A stretch of 64,000 bases of DNA. It comes from Eledone cirrhosa. Taxonomy: Eukaryota. The stretch covers positions 397,172,001-397,236,000 of the forward strand of contig OZ024741.1 in NCBI GenBank assembly GCA_964016885.1. The letters run 5' to 3'. Under the pieces are notes generated by a model, which was not told the DNA's origin, made no database searches, and worked only from the letters and a program-made list of their open reading frames with translations. This document shows, piece after piece, positions 42,765 through 55,104 of the stretch; positions within the stretch are counted from its first letter, which is position 1; the number at the start of each line of letters is the position of its first letter. The position numbers were made by a program, and so were the translations under genes.

Positions 42765-42811
42765 CACTACTACTGCTACTACTACCACAACTACTACTAC
42801 TACTACTACTA

Positions 42812-42842
<31 letters not shown>

Positions 42843-42906
42843 CATTACTACTACTACTACTACTACTACTACCACTACTACTACCACCACCACCACCACC
42901 ACCACC

Positions 42907-42944
<38 letters not shown>

Positions 42945-42977
42945 CACTACTACCGCTACTACTACTACTACTACTAC

Positions 42978-43009
<32 letters not shown>

Positions 43010-43027
43010 ATACCACAACTACTAACA

Positions 43028-43059
<32 letters not shown>

Positions 43060-43108
43060 GCTACTACTACTACTACTGCTACTACTACTTCTACTGCTAC
43101 TACTACTG

Positions 43109-43139
<31 letters not shown>

Positions 43140-43188
43140 CACCACCACCACCACCACCACCACCACCACCACTACTACTACTACTACT
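41871..43188. repeat. Imperfect (ACT)n microsatellite with (ACC)n patches, 1318 bp
   Basis: ACT triplets interrupted by ACC/ACA/AAT/ATT/GCT; a single 1-bp phase shift at 42180. Confidence 0.99.
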
Positions 43189-43291
43189 AGTAGTAAAGTA
43201 TAAATAGTACGAGAACAGTGACTACCAACATCAATTACCATAACAACACAACAGTAACTTTATCCCACTGGCTAATACTGTCATATCTCAG

Positions 43292-43326
43292 TTGTTAAAG
43301 TTGATAATATTCCACATATATCTTTG
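43292..43326 (+). other. Candidate 35-nt exon in island C (second copy 54824-54858)
   Basis: CTGTCATATCTCAG| acceptor and TTG|GTAAAC donor; open as VKVDNIPHISL or LLKLIIFHIYL. Such signals also arise by chance. Confidence 0.18.
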
Positions 43327-43363
43327 GTAAACTTTCTTATAATTGAATTATTTTAATATTTTC

Positions 43364-44513
43364 CATTGTGTGGGTGTCAAATACAGACTAAATACATTGA
43401 GTGTCTGTCAAATAGAGACTAAATAACATTGAGTGTCTGTCAAATACAGACTAAATAACATTGAGTGTCTGTCAAATACAGACTAAATACATTGAGTGTC
43501 TGTCAAATACAGACTAAATAACATTGAGTGTCTGTCAAATACAGACTAAATAACATTGAGTGTCTGTCAAATACAGACTAAATAACATTGAGTGAGTGTC
43601 AAATACAGACTAAATACATTGAGTGTCTGTCAAATACAGACTAAATACATTGAGTGAGTGTCAAATACAGACTAAATACATTGAGTGGGTGTCAAATACA
43701 GACTAAATACATTGAGTGTCTGTCAAATACAGACTAAATACTTTGAGTGTCTGTCAAATACAGACTAAATAAGATTGAGTCTCTGTCAAATACAGACTAA
43801 ATACATTGAGTGAGTGTCAAATACAGACTAAATACATTGAGTGTCTGTCAAATACAGACTAAATACATTGAGTGTCTGTCAAATACAGACTAAATACATT
43901 GAGTGAGTGTCAAATACAGACTAAATACATTGAGTGTCTGTCAAGTACCGACTAAATACATTGAGTGTCTGTCAAATACAGACTAAATATCATTGAGTGT
44001 CTGTCAAATACAGACTAAATAACATTGAGTGTATGTCTAATACAGACTAAATAACATTGAGTGTCTGTCTAATACAGACTAAATAACATTGAGTGTCTTT
44101 CAAATACAGACTAAATAACATTGAGTGAGTGTAAAATACAGACTAAATAACATTGAGTGTCTGTCAAATACAGACTAAATAACATTGAGTGTCTGTCAAA
44201 TACAGACTAAATACATTGAGTGTCTGTCAAATACAGACTAAATAACATTGAGAGTCTGTCAAATACAGACTAAATACATTGAGTGTCTGTCAAATACAGA
44301 CTAAATACATTGAGTGTCTGTCAAATACAGACTAAATAACATTGAGTGTCTTTCAAATACAGACTAAATAACATTGAGTGAGTGTCAAATACAGACTAAA
44401 TAACATTGAGTGTCTTTCAAATACAGACTAAATAACATTGAGTGAGTGTCAAATACAGACTAAATAACATTGAGTGTCTGTCAAATACAGACTAAATAAC
44501 ATTGAGTGTCTGT
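43364..44513. repeat. 31/32-bp AT-rich minisatellite (about 36 units)
   Basis: Consensus CATTGAGTGTCTGTCAAATACAGACTAAATA(A); internal inverted repeat GTCTGT-N5-ACAGAC. Confidence 0.98.
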
Positions 44514-44639
44514 GATACAAGGGCGAAAGTAAATTCATGCTAAGTACCTAAAATACAAAATTATATAAACCTTTATATGTGAAGAGATGTGTAAGATGTT
44601 TGTAAGATCGAGAAAACCAAACGAGTATCAACGTTCATC

Positions 44640-44647
44640 TATAAATA
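44640..44647 (+). promoter_or_regulatory. Putative TATA box
   Basis: TATAAATA, with an Inr-like CAGTT 30 bp downstream (44670) and ATG at 44685. Confidence 0.3.
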
Positions 44648-44684
44648 CCTCGTTGTCTAACGACAGCAACAGTTGACTGATAAA

Positions 44685-44904
44685 ATGACAAGTCAGTCAA
44701 TCATTGGTGGCCTCCCCCACAGCCCCGGCAGACAGAATGGAGAAGGCGTTTCTCCGGAAGATGGCAAGGGAGAGGCGCTGGAAAAGCCATTCCAACTAGT
44801 GAGGCTCACACCTGCGGCTGGTCGAGGACACCGGAAGTCTCCACTGACAAGGGTACGACCGCAAACCTGTCGGAGAGTGACCGGTTCTCATATTTGTGTT
44901 AAAG
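44685..44904 (+). CDS. Candidate coding exon of an unidentified spliced gene (MTSQSIIGGLPHSPGRQNGEG...SHICVK)
   Basis: Local GC rise against AT-rich flanks; AAAATGA start context; only this + frame stays open to the donor AAG|GTAACT at 44905 (unspliced stop 44913-44915). No family recognised. Confidence 0.33.
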
Positions 44905-45106
44905 GTAACTTATGAATAACTCTAGAAAAAGGTGACACAGTAATTCCTCTCTTTATGAGATGCCAACCAATAAGACAGTATTGGTGCTCTGTAGTCTGAC
45001 GACACCGAAAAATTAACAGACAAAAAAAAACCAAACACTTAACTTAAAATGTAAATGTCAAAGGGAAATAACTCTAAGATATGTTTTATTTTTTTAATCC
45101 TTATAG

Positions 45107-45147
45107 TCCCAAGGGAAGCTACTCTATTTATTAAGTTTCCTGATCAA
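45107..45147 (+). CDS. Candidate 41-nt second exon (VPREATLFIKFPDQ)
   Basis: T-rich acceptor TTTTATTTTTTTAATCCTTATAG|, phase-compatible with the 44904 donor across a 202-bp intron; possible donor CAA|GTATAT. Confidence 0.22.
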
Positions 45148-45163
45148 GTATATGTTTGATGAT

Positions 45164-48100
45164 TCTCTTTCATTCACTACCTCCGTCTCTCTCACTCTCC
45201 CATCTCTCTCTTTCACTCATTACCTCCGTCTCTCCCTCTCCCCCATCTCTCTCTTTCACTCACTACCTCCGTCTCTCTTACTCTCCCTATCTCTCTCTTT
45301 CACTCACTACCTCCGTCTCTCTCACTCACTATCTCTCTCTTTCACTCACTACCTCCGTCTCTTTCACTCTCCCATTTCTCTCTTTCACTCACTACCTCCG
45401 TCTCTTTCACTCTCCCATCTCTCTCTTTCACTCACTACCTCCGTCTCTCTCACTCTCCCCATCTCTCTCTTTCACTCACTACATCCGTCTCTCTCACTCT
45501 CCCCATCTCTCTCTTTCACTCACTACCTCCGTCTCTCTCACTCTTCCCATTTCTCTCTTTCACTCACTACCTCCGTCTCTCTCACTCTCCCCATCTCTCT
45601 CATTCACTCACTACATCCGTCTCTCTCACTCTCCCCATCTCTCTCTTTCACTCACTACATCCGTCTCTCTCACGCTCCCCATCTCTCTCTTTCACTCACT
45701 ACCTCCGTCTCTCTCACTCTTCCCATTTCTCTCTTTCACTCACTACCTCCGTCTCTCTCACTCTCCCCATCTCTCTCTTTCATTCACTACCTCCGTCTCT
45801 CTCACTCTCCACATCTCTCTCTTTCACTCACTACCTATGTCTCTCTTTCTCTCCCCATCTCTCTCTTTCACTCACTACCTCTGCCTCTCTCACTCTCCAC
45901 ATCTCTCTCTTTCACTCATTACCTCCATCTCTCTCACGCTCCCCATCTCTCACTTTCACTCACTACCTCCGTTTCTCTCACTCTCCCCATCTCTCTCTTT
46001 CATTCACTACCTCCGTCTCTCTCACTCTCCACATCTCTCTCTTTCACTCACTACCTATGTCTCTCTTTCTCTCCCCATCTCTCTCTTTCACTCACTACCT
46101 CTGCCTCTCTCACTCTCCACATCTCTCTCTTTCACTCATTACCTCCGTCTCTCTCACGCTCCCCATCTCTCACTTTCACTCACTATCTCCGTTTCTCTCA
46201 CTCTCCCCATCTCTCACTTTCATTCACTACCTCCGTCTCTCTCACTCTCCCCATCTCTCTCTTTCACTCACTACCTCCGTCTCTCTCACTCACCCATCTC
46301 TCTCTTTCACTCACTACCTCCGTCTCTCTCACTCTCCCCATCTCTCACTTTCACTCACTAACTCCGTTTCTCTCACTCTCCCCATCTCTCTCTTTCACTC
46401 ACTGCCTCCGTCTCTCTCACTCTCCCCATCTCTCTCTTTCACTCACTACCTCCGTCTCTCTCACTCACCACGTCTATCTCTTTCACTCACTACCTCCGTC
46501 TCTCTCTCTCTCCCTATCTCTCTCTTTCACTCACTACCTCCGTCTCTCTCACTCTCCCCATCTCTCTCTTTCACTCACTACCTCCGTCTTTCTCACTCAC
46601 CACGTCTATCTCTTTCACTCACTACCTCCATCTCTCTCTCTCTCCCTATCTCTCTCTTTCACTCAATACCTCCATCTCTCTCACTCTCCCATTTCTCTCT
46701 TTCACTCACTACCTCCGGCTCTCTCACTCTCCCCATCTCTCTCTTTCACTCACTACCTCCGTCTCTCTCACTCTCCCCATCTCTCACTCTCACTCACTAC
46801 CTCCGTTTCTCTCACTTTCCCTATCTCTCGCTTTCACTCACTACCTCCGTCTCTCTCACTCTCCCCATCTCTCTCTTTCACTCACTACCTCCGTCTCTCT
46901 CTCTCTCCCTATCTCTCTCTTTCACTCACTACCTCCATCTCTCTCACTCTCCCCATCTCTCTCTTTCACTCACTACCTCCATCTCTCTCACTCTCCCATT
47001 TCTCTCTTTCACTCACTACCTCCGTGTCTCTCACTCACCCCATCTCTCTCTTTCACTCACTACCTCCGTCTCTCTCACTCTCCCCATCTCTCACTTTCAC
47101 TCACTAACTCCGTTTCTCTCACTCTCCCCATCTCTCTCTTTCACTCACTACCTCCGTCTCTCTCACTCACCACGTCTCTCTCTTTCACTCACTACCTCCG
47201 TCTCTCTCACTCTCCCATTTCTCTCTTTCACTCACTACCTCCGTGTCTCTCACTGACCCCATCTCTCTCTTTCACTCACTACCTCCGTCTCTCTCACTCT
47301 CCCCATCTCTCACTCTCACTCACTACCTCCGTTTCTCTCACTCTCCCCATCTCTCTTTTCACTCACTACCTCCGTCTCTCTAACTCTCCCCATCTCTCTC
47401 TTTCACTCACTACCTCCGGCTCTCTCACTCTCCCCATCTCTCTCTTTCACTCACTACCTCCGTTTCCCTCACTCTCCCATCTCTCTCTTTCACTCACTAC
47501 CTCCGTCGCTCTCACACTCACTATCTTTCTCTTTCACTCACTACCTGCGTCTCTCTCACTCTCCCATTTCTCTCTTTCACTCACTACCTCCGTCTCTCTC
47601 ACTCTCCCCATCTCTCTCTTTCACTCACTAACTCCGTCTCTCATACTCTCCCCATCTCTCTCTTTCAGTCACTACCTCTGCCTCTCTTACTCTCCCTATC
47701 TCTCTCTTTCACTCACTACCTCCATCTCTCTCACTCTCCCCATCTCTCTCTTTCACTCACTACCTCCGTCTCTCTCACTCTCCCTATCTCTCTCTTTCAC
47801 TCAATACCTCCGTCTCTCTCACTCTCCCATTTCTCTCTTTCACTCACTACCTCCGTCTCTCTCACTCTCCCCATCTCTCTCTTTCACTCACTACCTCCGT
47901 CTCTCTCACTCTCCCCATCTCTCACTCTCACTCACTACCTCCGTTTCTCTCACTTTCCCTATCTCTCGCTTTCACTCACTACCTCCGTCTCTCTCACTCT
48001 CCCCATCTCTCTCTTTCACTCACTACCTCCGTCTCTCTCTCTCTCCCTATCTCTCTCTCTCACTCAATACCTCCGTTTCTCTCACTCTCCCCATTTCTCT

Positions 48101-48890
48101 TTTCACTCACTACCTCCGTATCTCTCACTCTCCCCATCTCTCACTTTCACTCACTACCTCCGTCTCTCTCACTCTCCCCATCTCTCTCTTTCACTCACTA
48201 CCTCCGTCTTACTCACTCTCCCCATCTCTCTCTTTCACTCACTACCTCCGCCTCTCTCACTCTCCCTATCTCTCTCTTTCACTCACTACCTCCATCTCTC
48301 TCACTCTCCCCATCTCTCTCTTTAAATCACCACCTCCTTCTCTCTCACTATCCTATTTCTCTCTTTCACTCACTACCTCCATCTCTCTCAATCTCCCATC
48401 TCTCTCTTTCACTCACTACCTCCATCTCTCTCACTCTCCCCATCTCTCTCTTTCACTCAGTACCTCCATCTCTCTCACTCTCCCATCTCTCACTTTCACT
48501 CACTAACTCCATCTCTCTCACTCTCCCAATCTCTCTCACTCTCCCATCTCTCTGTTTCGCTCACTACCTACATCTCTCTCACTCTCCCTATCTTTCTTTT
48601 TCACTCACTACCTCCGTCTCCCTCACTCTCCCTATCTCTCTCTTTCAGTCACTACCTCCGTCTCTCTTACTCTCCCTACCTCTCTCTTTCACTCTCTACC
48701 TCCGTCTCTCTCACTCTCCCCATCTCTCTTTTCACTCACTACCTCCGTCTCTCTCACTCTCCCCATCTCTCTCTTTCAATCACTACCTCCGTCTCTCTCA
48801 CTCTCGCCATCTCTCTCTTTCACTCACTACCTCCGTCTCTCTCACTCTCCCCATCTCTCTTTTCCACTCACTACCTCCGTCTCTTTCATT
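45164..48890. repeat. 44-bp (42-44) CT-rich minisatellite, about 85 units
   Basis: Consensus CTCACTACCTCCGTCTCTCTCACTCTCCCCATCTCTCTCTTTCA; strong pyrimidine/purine strand asymmetry. Confidence 0.98.
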
Positions 48891-51800
48891 CACTTTGGCT
48901 GCCTCATGTGTCTCAAGACATAGATGTAACTGACTGTGGTCATTGGAGCACTTTGGCTGCCTCATGTGTCTCAAGACATAGATGTAACTGACGTGGTCAT
49001 TGGAGCACTTTGGCTGCCTCATGTGTCTCAAGACATAGATGTAACTGACCGTGGTCATTGGAGCACTTTGGCTGCCTCATGTGTCTCAAGACATAGATGT
49101 AACTGACCGTGGTCATTGGAGCACTTTGGCGGCCTCATGTGTCTCAAGACATAGATGTAACTGACCGTGGTCATTAGAGCACTTTGGCTGCCTCATGTGT
49201 CTCAAGAGATAGATGTAACTGACCGTGGTCATTAGAGCACTTTGGCTGCCTCATGTGTCTCAAGACATAGATGTAACTGACCGTGGTCATTGGAGCACTT
49301 TGGCTGCCTCATGTGTCTCAAGACATAGATGTAACTGACCGTGGTCATTGGAGCACTTTGGCTGCCTCATGTGTCTCAAGTCATAGATGTAACTGACCGT
49401 GGTCATTAGAGCACTTTGGGTGGCTCTTGAGTCTCAAGACATAGATGTAACTGACCGTGGTCATTAGAGCACTTTGGCTGCCTCATGTGTCTCAAGAGAT
49501 AGATGTAACTGACTGTGGTCATTGGAGCACTTTGGCTGCCTCATGTGTCTCAAGAGATAGATGTAACTGACCGTGGTCATTAGAGCACTTTGGCTGCTTC
49601 ATGTGTCTCAAGACATAGATGTAACTGACTGTGGTCATTGGAGCACTTTGGCTGCCTCATGTGTCTCAAGACATAGATGTAACTGACGTGGTCATTGGAG
49701 CACTTTGGCTGCTTCATGTGTCTCAAGACATAGATGTAACTGACTGTGGTCATTGGAGCACTTTGGCTGCCTCATGTGTCTCAAGAGATAGATGTAACTG
49801 ACCGTGGTCATTAGAGCACTTTGGCTGCTTCATGTGTCTCAAGACATAGATGTAACTGACCGTGGTCATTAGAGCACTTTGGCTGCCTCATGTGTCTCAA
49901 GAGATAGATGTAACTGACTGTGGTCATTGGAGCACTTTGGCTGCCTCATGTGTCTCAAGACATAGATGTAACTGACTGTGGTCATTGGAGCACTTTGGCT
50001 GCCTCATGTGTCTCAAGACATAGATGTAACTGACCGTGGTCATTAGAGCACTTTGGCTGCCTCATGTGTCTCAAGACATAGATGTAACTGACTGTGGTCA
50101 TTGGAGCACTTTGGCTGCCTCATGTGTCTCAAGACATAGATGTAACTGACTGTGGTCATTGGAGCACTTTGGCTGCCTCATGTGTCTCAAGACATAGATG
50201 TAACTGACCGTGGTCATTAGAGCACTTTGGCTGCCTCATGTGTCTCAAGACATAGATGTAACTGACCGTGGTCATTGGAGCACTTTGGCTGCCTCATGTG
50301 TCTCAAGACATAGATGTAACTGACCGTGGTCATTAGAGCACTTTGGCTGCCTCATGTGTCTCAAGACATAGATGTAACTGACCGTGGTCATTGGAGCACT
50401 TTGGCTGCCTCATGTGTCTCAAGACATAGATGTAACTGATGTGGTCATTGGAGCACTTTGGCTGCCTCATGTGTCTCAAGACATAGATGTAACTGACTGT
50501 GGTCATTGGAGCACTTTGGCTGCCTCATATGTCTCAAGACATAGATGTAACTGACCGTGGTCATTGGAGCACTTTGGCTGCCTCATGTGTCTCAAGACAT
50601 AGATGTAACTGACCGTGGTCATTGGAGCACTTTGGCTGCCTCATGTGTCTCAAGACATAGATGTAACTGACCGTGGTCATTAGAGCACTTTGGCTGCCTC
50701 ATGTGTCTCAAGACATAGATGTAACTGACCGTGGTCATTGGAGCACTTTGGCTGCTCCATGTGTCTCAAGACATAGATGTAACTGACCGTGGTCATTAGA
50801 GCACTTTGGCTGCCTCATGTGTCTCAAGACATAGATGTAACTGACCGTGGTCATTGGAGCACTTTGGCTGCCTCATGTGTCTCAAGACATAGATATAACT
50901 GACGTGGTCATTGGAGCACTTTGGCTGCCTCATGTGTCTCAAGACATAGATGTAACTGACTGTGGTCATTGGAGCACTTTGGCTGCCTCATGTGTCTCAA
51001 GACATAGATGTAAATGACCGTGGTCATTGGAGCACTTTGGCTGCCTCATGTGTCTCAAGACATAGATGTAACTGACCGTGGTCATTGGAGCACTTTGGCT
51101 GCCTCATGTGTCTCAAGACATAGATATAACTGACGTGGTCATTGGAGCACTTTGGCTGCCTCATGTGTCTCAAGACATAGATGTAACTGACTGTGGTCAT
51201 TGGAGCACTTTGGCTGCCTCATGTGTCTCAAGACATAGATGTAACTGACCGTGGTCATTGGAGCACTTTGGCTGCCTCATGTGTCTCAAGACATAGATAT
51301 AACTGACGTGGTCATTGGAGCACTTTGGCTGCCTCATGCGTCTCAAGACATAGATGTAACTGACCGTGGTCATTAGAGCACTTTGGCTGCCTCATGTGTC
51401 TCAAGACATAGATGTAACTGACCGTGGTCATTAGAGCACTTTGGCTGCCTCATGTGTCTCAAGTCATAGATGTAACTGACCGTGGTCATTAAAGCACTTT
51501 GGCTGCCTCATGTGTCTCAAGACATAGATGTAACTGACAGTGGTCATTAGAGCACTTTGAGTGGCTCTTGAGTCTCAAGACATAGATGTACCTGACTGTG
51601 GTAATTGGAGCACTTTGGCTGCTTCATGTGTCTCAAGACATAGATGTAACTGACCGTGGTCATTGGAGCACTTTGGCTGCCTCATGTGTCTCAAGACATA
51701 GATGTAACTGACCGTGGTCATTAGAGCACTTTGGCTGCCTCATGTGTCTCAAGAGATAGATGTAACTGACCGTGGTCATTAGAGCACTTTGGCTGCCTCA

Positions 51801-52739
51801 TGTGTCTCAAGACATAGATGTAACTGACCGTGGTCATTGGAGCACTTTGGCTGCCTCATGTGTCTCAAGACATAGATGTAACTGACCGTGGTCATTGGAG
51901 CACTTTGGCTGCCTCATGTGTCTCAAGTCATAGATGTAACTGACCGTGGTCATTAGAGCACTTTGGGTGGCTCTTGAGTCTCAAGACATCGATGTAACTG
52001 ACCGTGGTCATTAGAGCACTTTGGCTGCCTCATGTGTCTCAAGAGATAGATGTAACTGACTGTGGTCATTGGAGCACTTTGGCTGCCTCATGTGTCTCAA
52101 GAGATAGATGTAACTGACCGTGGACATTAGAGCACTTTGGCTGCTTCATGTGTCTCAAGACATAGATGTAACTGACTGTGGTCATTGGAGCACTTTGGCT
52201 GCCTCATGTGTCTCAAGAGATAGATGTAACTGACGTGGTCATTGGAGCACTTTGGCTGCTTCATGTGTCTCAAGACATAGATGTAACTGACTGTGGTCAT
52301 TGGAGCACTTTGGCTGCCTCATGTGTCTCAAGAGATAGATGTAACTGACCGTGGTCATTAGAGCACTTTGGCTGCTTCATGTGTCTCAAGACATAGATGT
52401 AACTGACCGTGGTCATTAGAGCACTTTGGCTGCCTCATGTGTCTCAAGACATAGATGTAACTGACCGTGGTCATTGGAGCACTTTGGCTGCCTCATGTGT
52501 CTCAAGACATAGATGTAACTGACCGTGGTCATTAGAGCACTTTGGCTGCCTCATGTGTCTCAAGACATAGATGTAACTGACTGTGGTCATTGGAGCACTT
52601 TGGCTGCCTCATGTGTCTCAAGACATAGATGTAACTGACCGTGGTCATTAGAGCACTTTGGCTGCCTCATGTGTCTCAAGACATAGATATAACTGACCGT
52701 GGTCATTGGAGCACTTTGGCTGCTTCATGTGTCTCAAGA
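48891..52739. repeat. Second 58-bp satellite array (about 66 monomers), same orientation
   Basis: Same consensus as 1-40736; carries the variant monomers typical of the first array's right end and stops at the same junction (TCTCAAGA|TCATTAACCC). Confidence 0.99.
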
Positions 52740-53062
52740 TCATTAACCCAGGCACCTTCATTATAAAATATGTCACTCTGTTATATTCCAGCTTGTTCCG
52801 TCACCATGGCACCCGAAATTGCAGGTTGAGTCACGAATAAGTACGAAATAGAAACAAAATACTTTTATGTTGTTTGTTTTATGGGTACAAGGAAGAATGA
52901 GATCAGTGGTTGTGGTCATTTGTAGCACCTCAAATATAGGAGTGGGGTAGAGAGGAAGACAACACACCTGTGTTAATAGGTACGATATGAATATATCAAG
53001 GTAATTGCTAGACTATAGACATGATCTGAATACATGTAATGGTGTGGGCTCTGTCTAGAAGT

Positions 53063-53613
53063 CACGAAGGACCAGTGAAGTGGCGCCAAAGAGGACCAAA
53101 TGGAGTGGCACAAAGGAGGAGCAGTGAGGTGGAACCAAAGGGCAATAGAGTGACTCCAAGGCGGAACAGTGAGGTGGCACCTAAGAGCAGTAGAGTGACT
53201 CCAAGGCGGAGCAGTGAGGTGGCACCTAAGAGCAGTAGAGTGACTCCAAGGCGGAGCAGTGAGGTGGCACCAAAGGGCAGTAGAGTGCCACCAAGGAGAA
53301 GCAGGGAGGTGGCACCAAAGGGCAGAGGAGTGACTCCAAGGTGAAACAGTGAGGTGACACCAAAGGGCAGACGAGAGACTCCAAGGCGGAGCAGTGAGGT
53401 GGAAGCAAAGGGCACAAATGTGCCACCAAGGAGAAGCAGTGAGGTAGCACCAAGTGGAGAGGCAGTGAGGGGCACCAAAGTGCAGTAGAGTGACTCCAAG
53501 GCGGGGCAGTGAGGTGGCACCAAAGGGCAGTAGAGTGACTCCAAGGCGGAGCAGTGAGGTGGCACCAAAGGGCAGTAGAGTGACTCCAAGGCGGAGCAGT
53601 GAGGTGGCACCAA
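53063..53613. repeat. 45-bp minisatellite, copy 2 (two units shorter)
   Basis: Same consensus; the offset drops by exactly 90 bp across the array. Confidence 0.97.
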
Positions 53614-53783
53614 ATGTACCCCTCGCCATCAGCCGGAGTCCAGAGGTCGAGGCTAAGTTAGTTGGAGGTGGAGGATACTCGTTCAGACGTCACATTCGTA
53701 CATGTATTGAGTGCAATTTTTTTAACTGTTGTATAAATAGGAATCTGCACAGAACTACTTCTCTCCGAATCTAACAACCATAT

Positions 53784-53872
53784 ACTACTACCACAACTAC
53801 TACTACCACTACTACTACTATTACTACTACCACAACTACTACTACCACTACTACTACTATTACTACTACTAC

Positions 53873-53904
<32 letters not shown>

Positions 53905-54062
53905 ATACCACAACTACTACTACTACTACTACTACTAATACCACAACTACTACTACCACTACTACTACTACTACTACTACCACTACTACTGCTACTACTA
54001 TCACTAACTACTACTACTACTACTACTACTACTACCACTACTACTACTACTACTACTACCAT

Positions 54063-54112
<50 letters not shown>

Positions 54113-54225
54113 TTACTACTACTACTACTACTACTCCCACTACATCTACTACCACTACTACTACTACTACTACCACTACTACTACTACCACTACTACTAC
54201 CACCACCACCACCACCACCACCACC

Positions 54226-54284
<59 letters not shown>

Positions 54285-54320
54285 TACTACTACCACTACT
54301 ACCGCTACTACTACTACTAC

Positions 54321-54352
<32 letters not shown>

Positions 54353-54400
54353 ATACCACAACTACTACTACTACTACTACTACTAATACCACAACTACTA

Positions 54401-54433
<33 letters not shown>

Positions 54434-54505
54434 TTACTACTACTACTACTACTACTACTACCACTACTACTGCTACTACTACTACCACAACTACTACTAC
54501 TACTA

Positions 54506-54541
<36 letters not shown>

Positions 54542-54613
54542 TTACTACTACTACTACTACTACCACTACTACTGCTACTACTACTACCACAACTACTACT
54601 ACTACTACTACCA

Positions 54614-54645
<32 letters not shown>

Positions 54646-54720
54646 GCTACTACTACTACTACTGCTACTACTACTTCTACTGCTACTACTACTGCTACTA
54701 CTACTACTACTACTACTACT
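53784..54720. repeat. (ACT)n microsatellite, copy 2, 937 bp
   Basis: Same flanks and same 1-bp phase shift (54006); 381 bp shorter than copy 1. Confidence 0.99.
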
Positions 54721-54895
54721 AGTAGTAAAGTATAAATAGTACGAGAACAGTGACTACCAACATCAATTACCATAACAACACAACAGTAACTTTATCCCAC
54801 TGGCTAATACTGTCATATCTCAGTTGTTAAAGTTGATAATATTCCACATATATCTTTGGTAAACTTTCTTATAATTGAATTATTTTAATATTTTC

Positions 54896-55104
54896 CATTG
54901 TGTGGGTGTCAAATACAGACTAAATACATTGAGTGTCTGTCAAATAGAGACTAAATAACATTGAGTGTCTGTCAAATACAGACTAAATAACATTGAGTGT
55001 CTGTCAGATACAGACTAAATACATTGAGTGTCTGTCAAATACAGACTAAATAACATTGAGTGTCTCACCCTCCCTATCTATACAGACTAAATAACATTGA
55101 GTGT
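54896..55104. repeat. 31/32-bp minisatellite, truncated copy 2 (about 6 units)
   Basis: First units match copy 1, including the AATAGAGAC variant, then fuse directly to the 44-mer. Confidence 0.96.

Noticed and set aside
41745-43241. Poly-Val/poly-Ser ORFs (498 aa; 371 aa in copy 2)
   Set aside because: Translation of the (AGT)n strand of a microsatellite.
44790-44922. Minus-strand acceptor CACCTTTTTCTAG into island D
   Set aside because: All three frames stop within about 35 nt; the downstream ATG gives only a short peptide.
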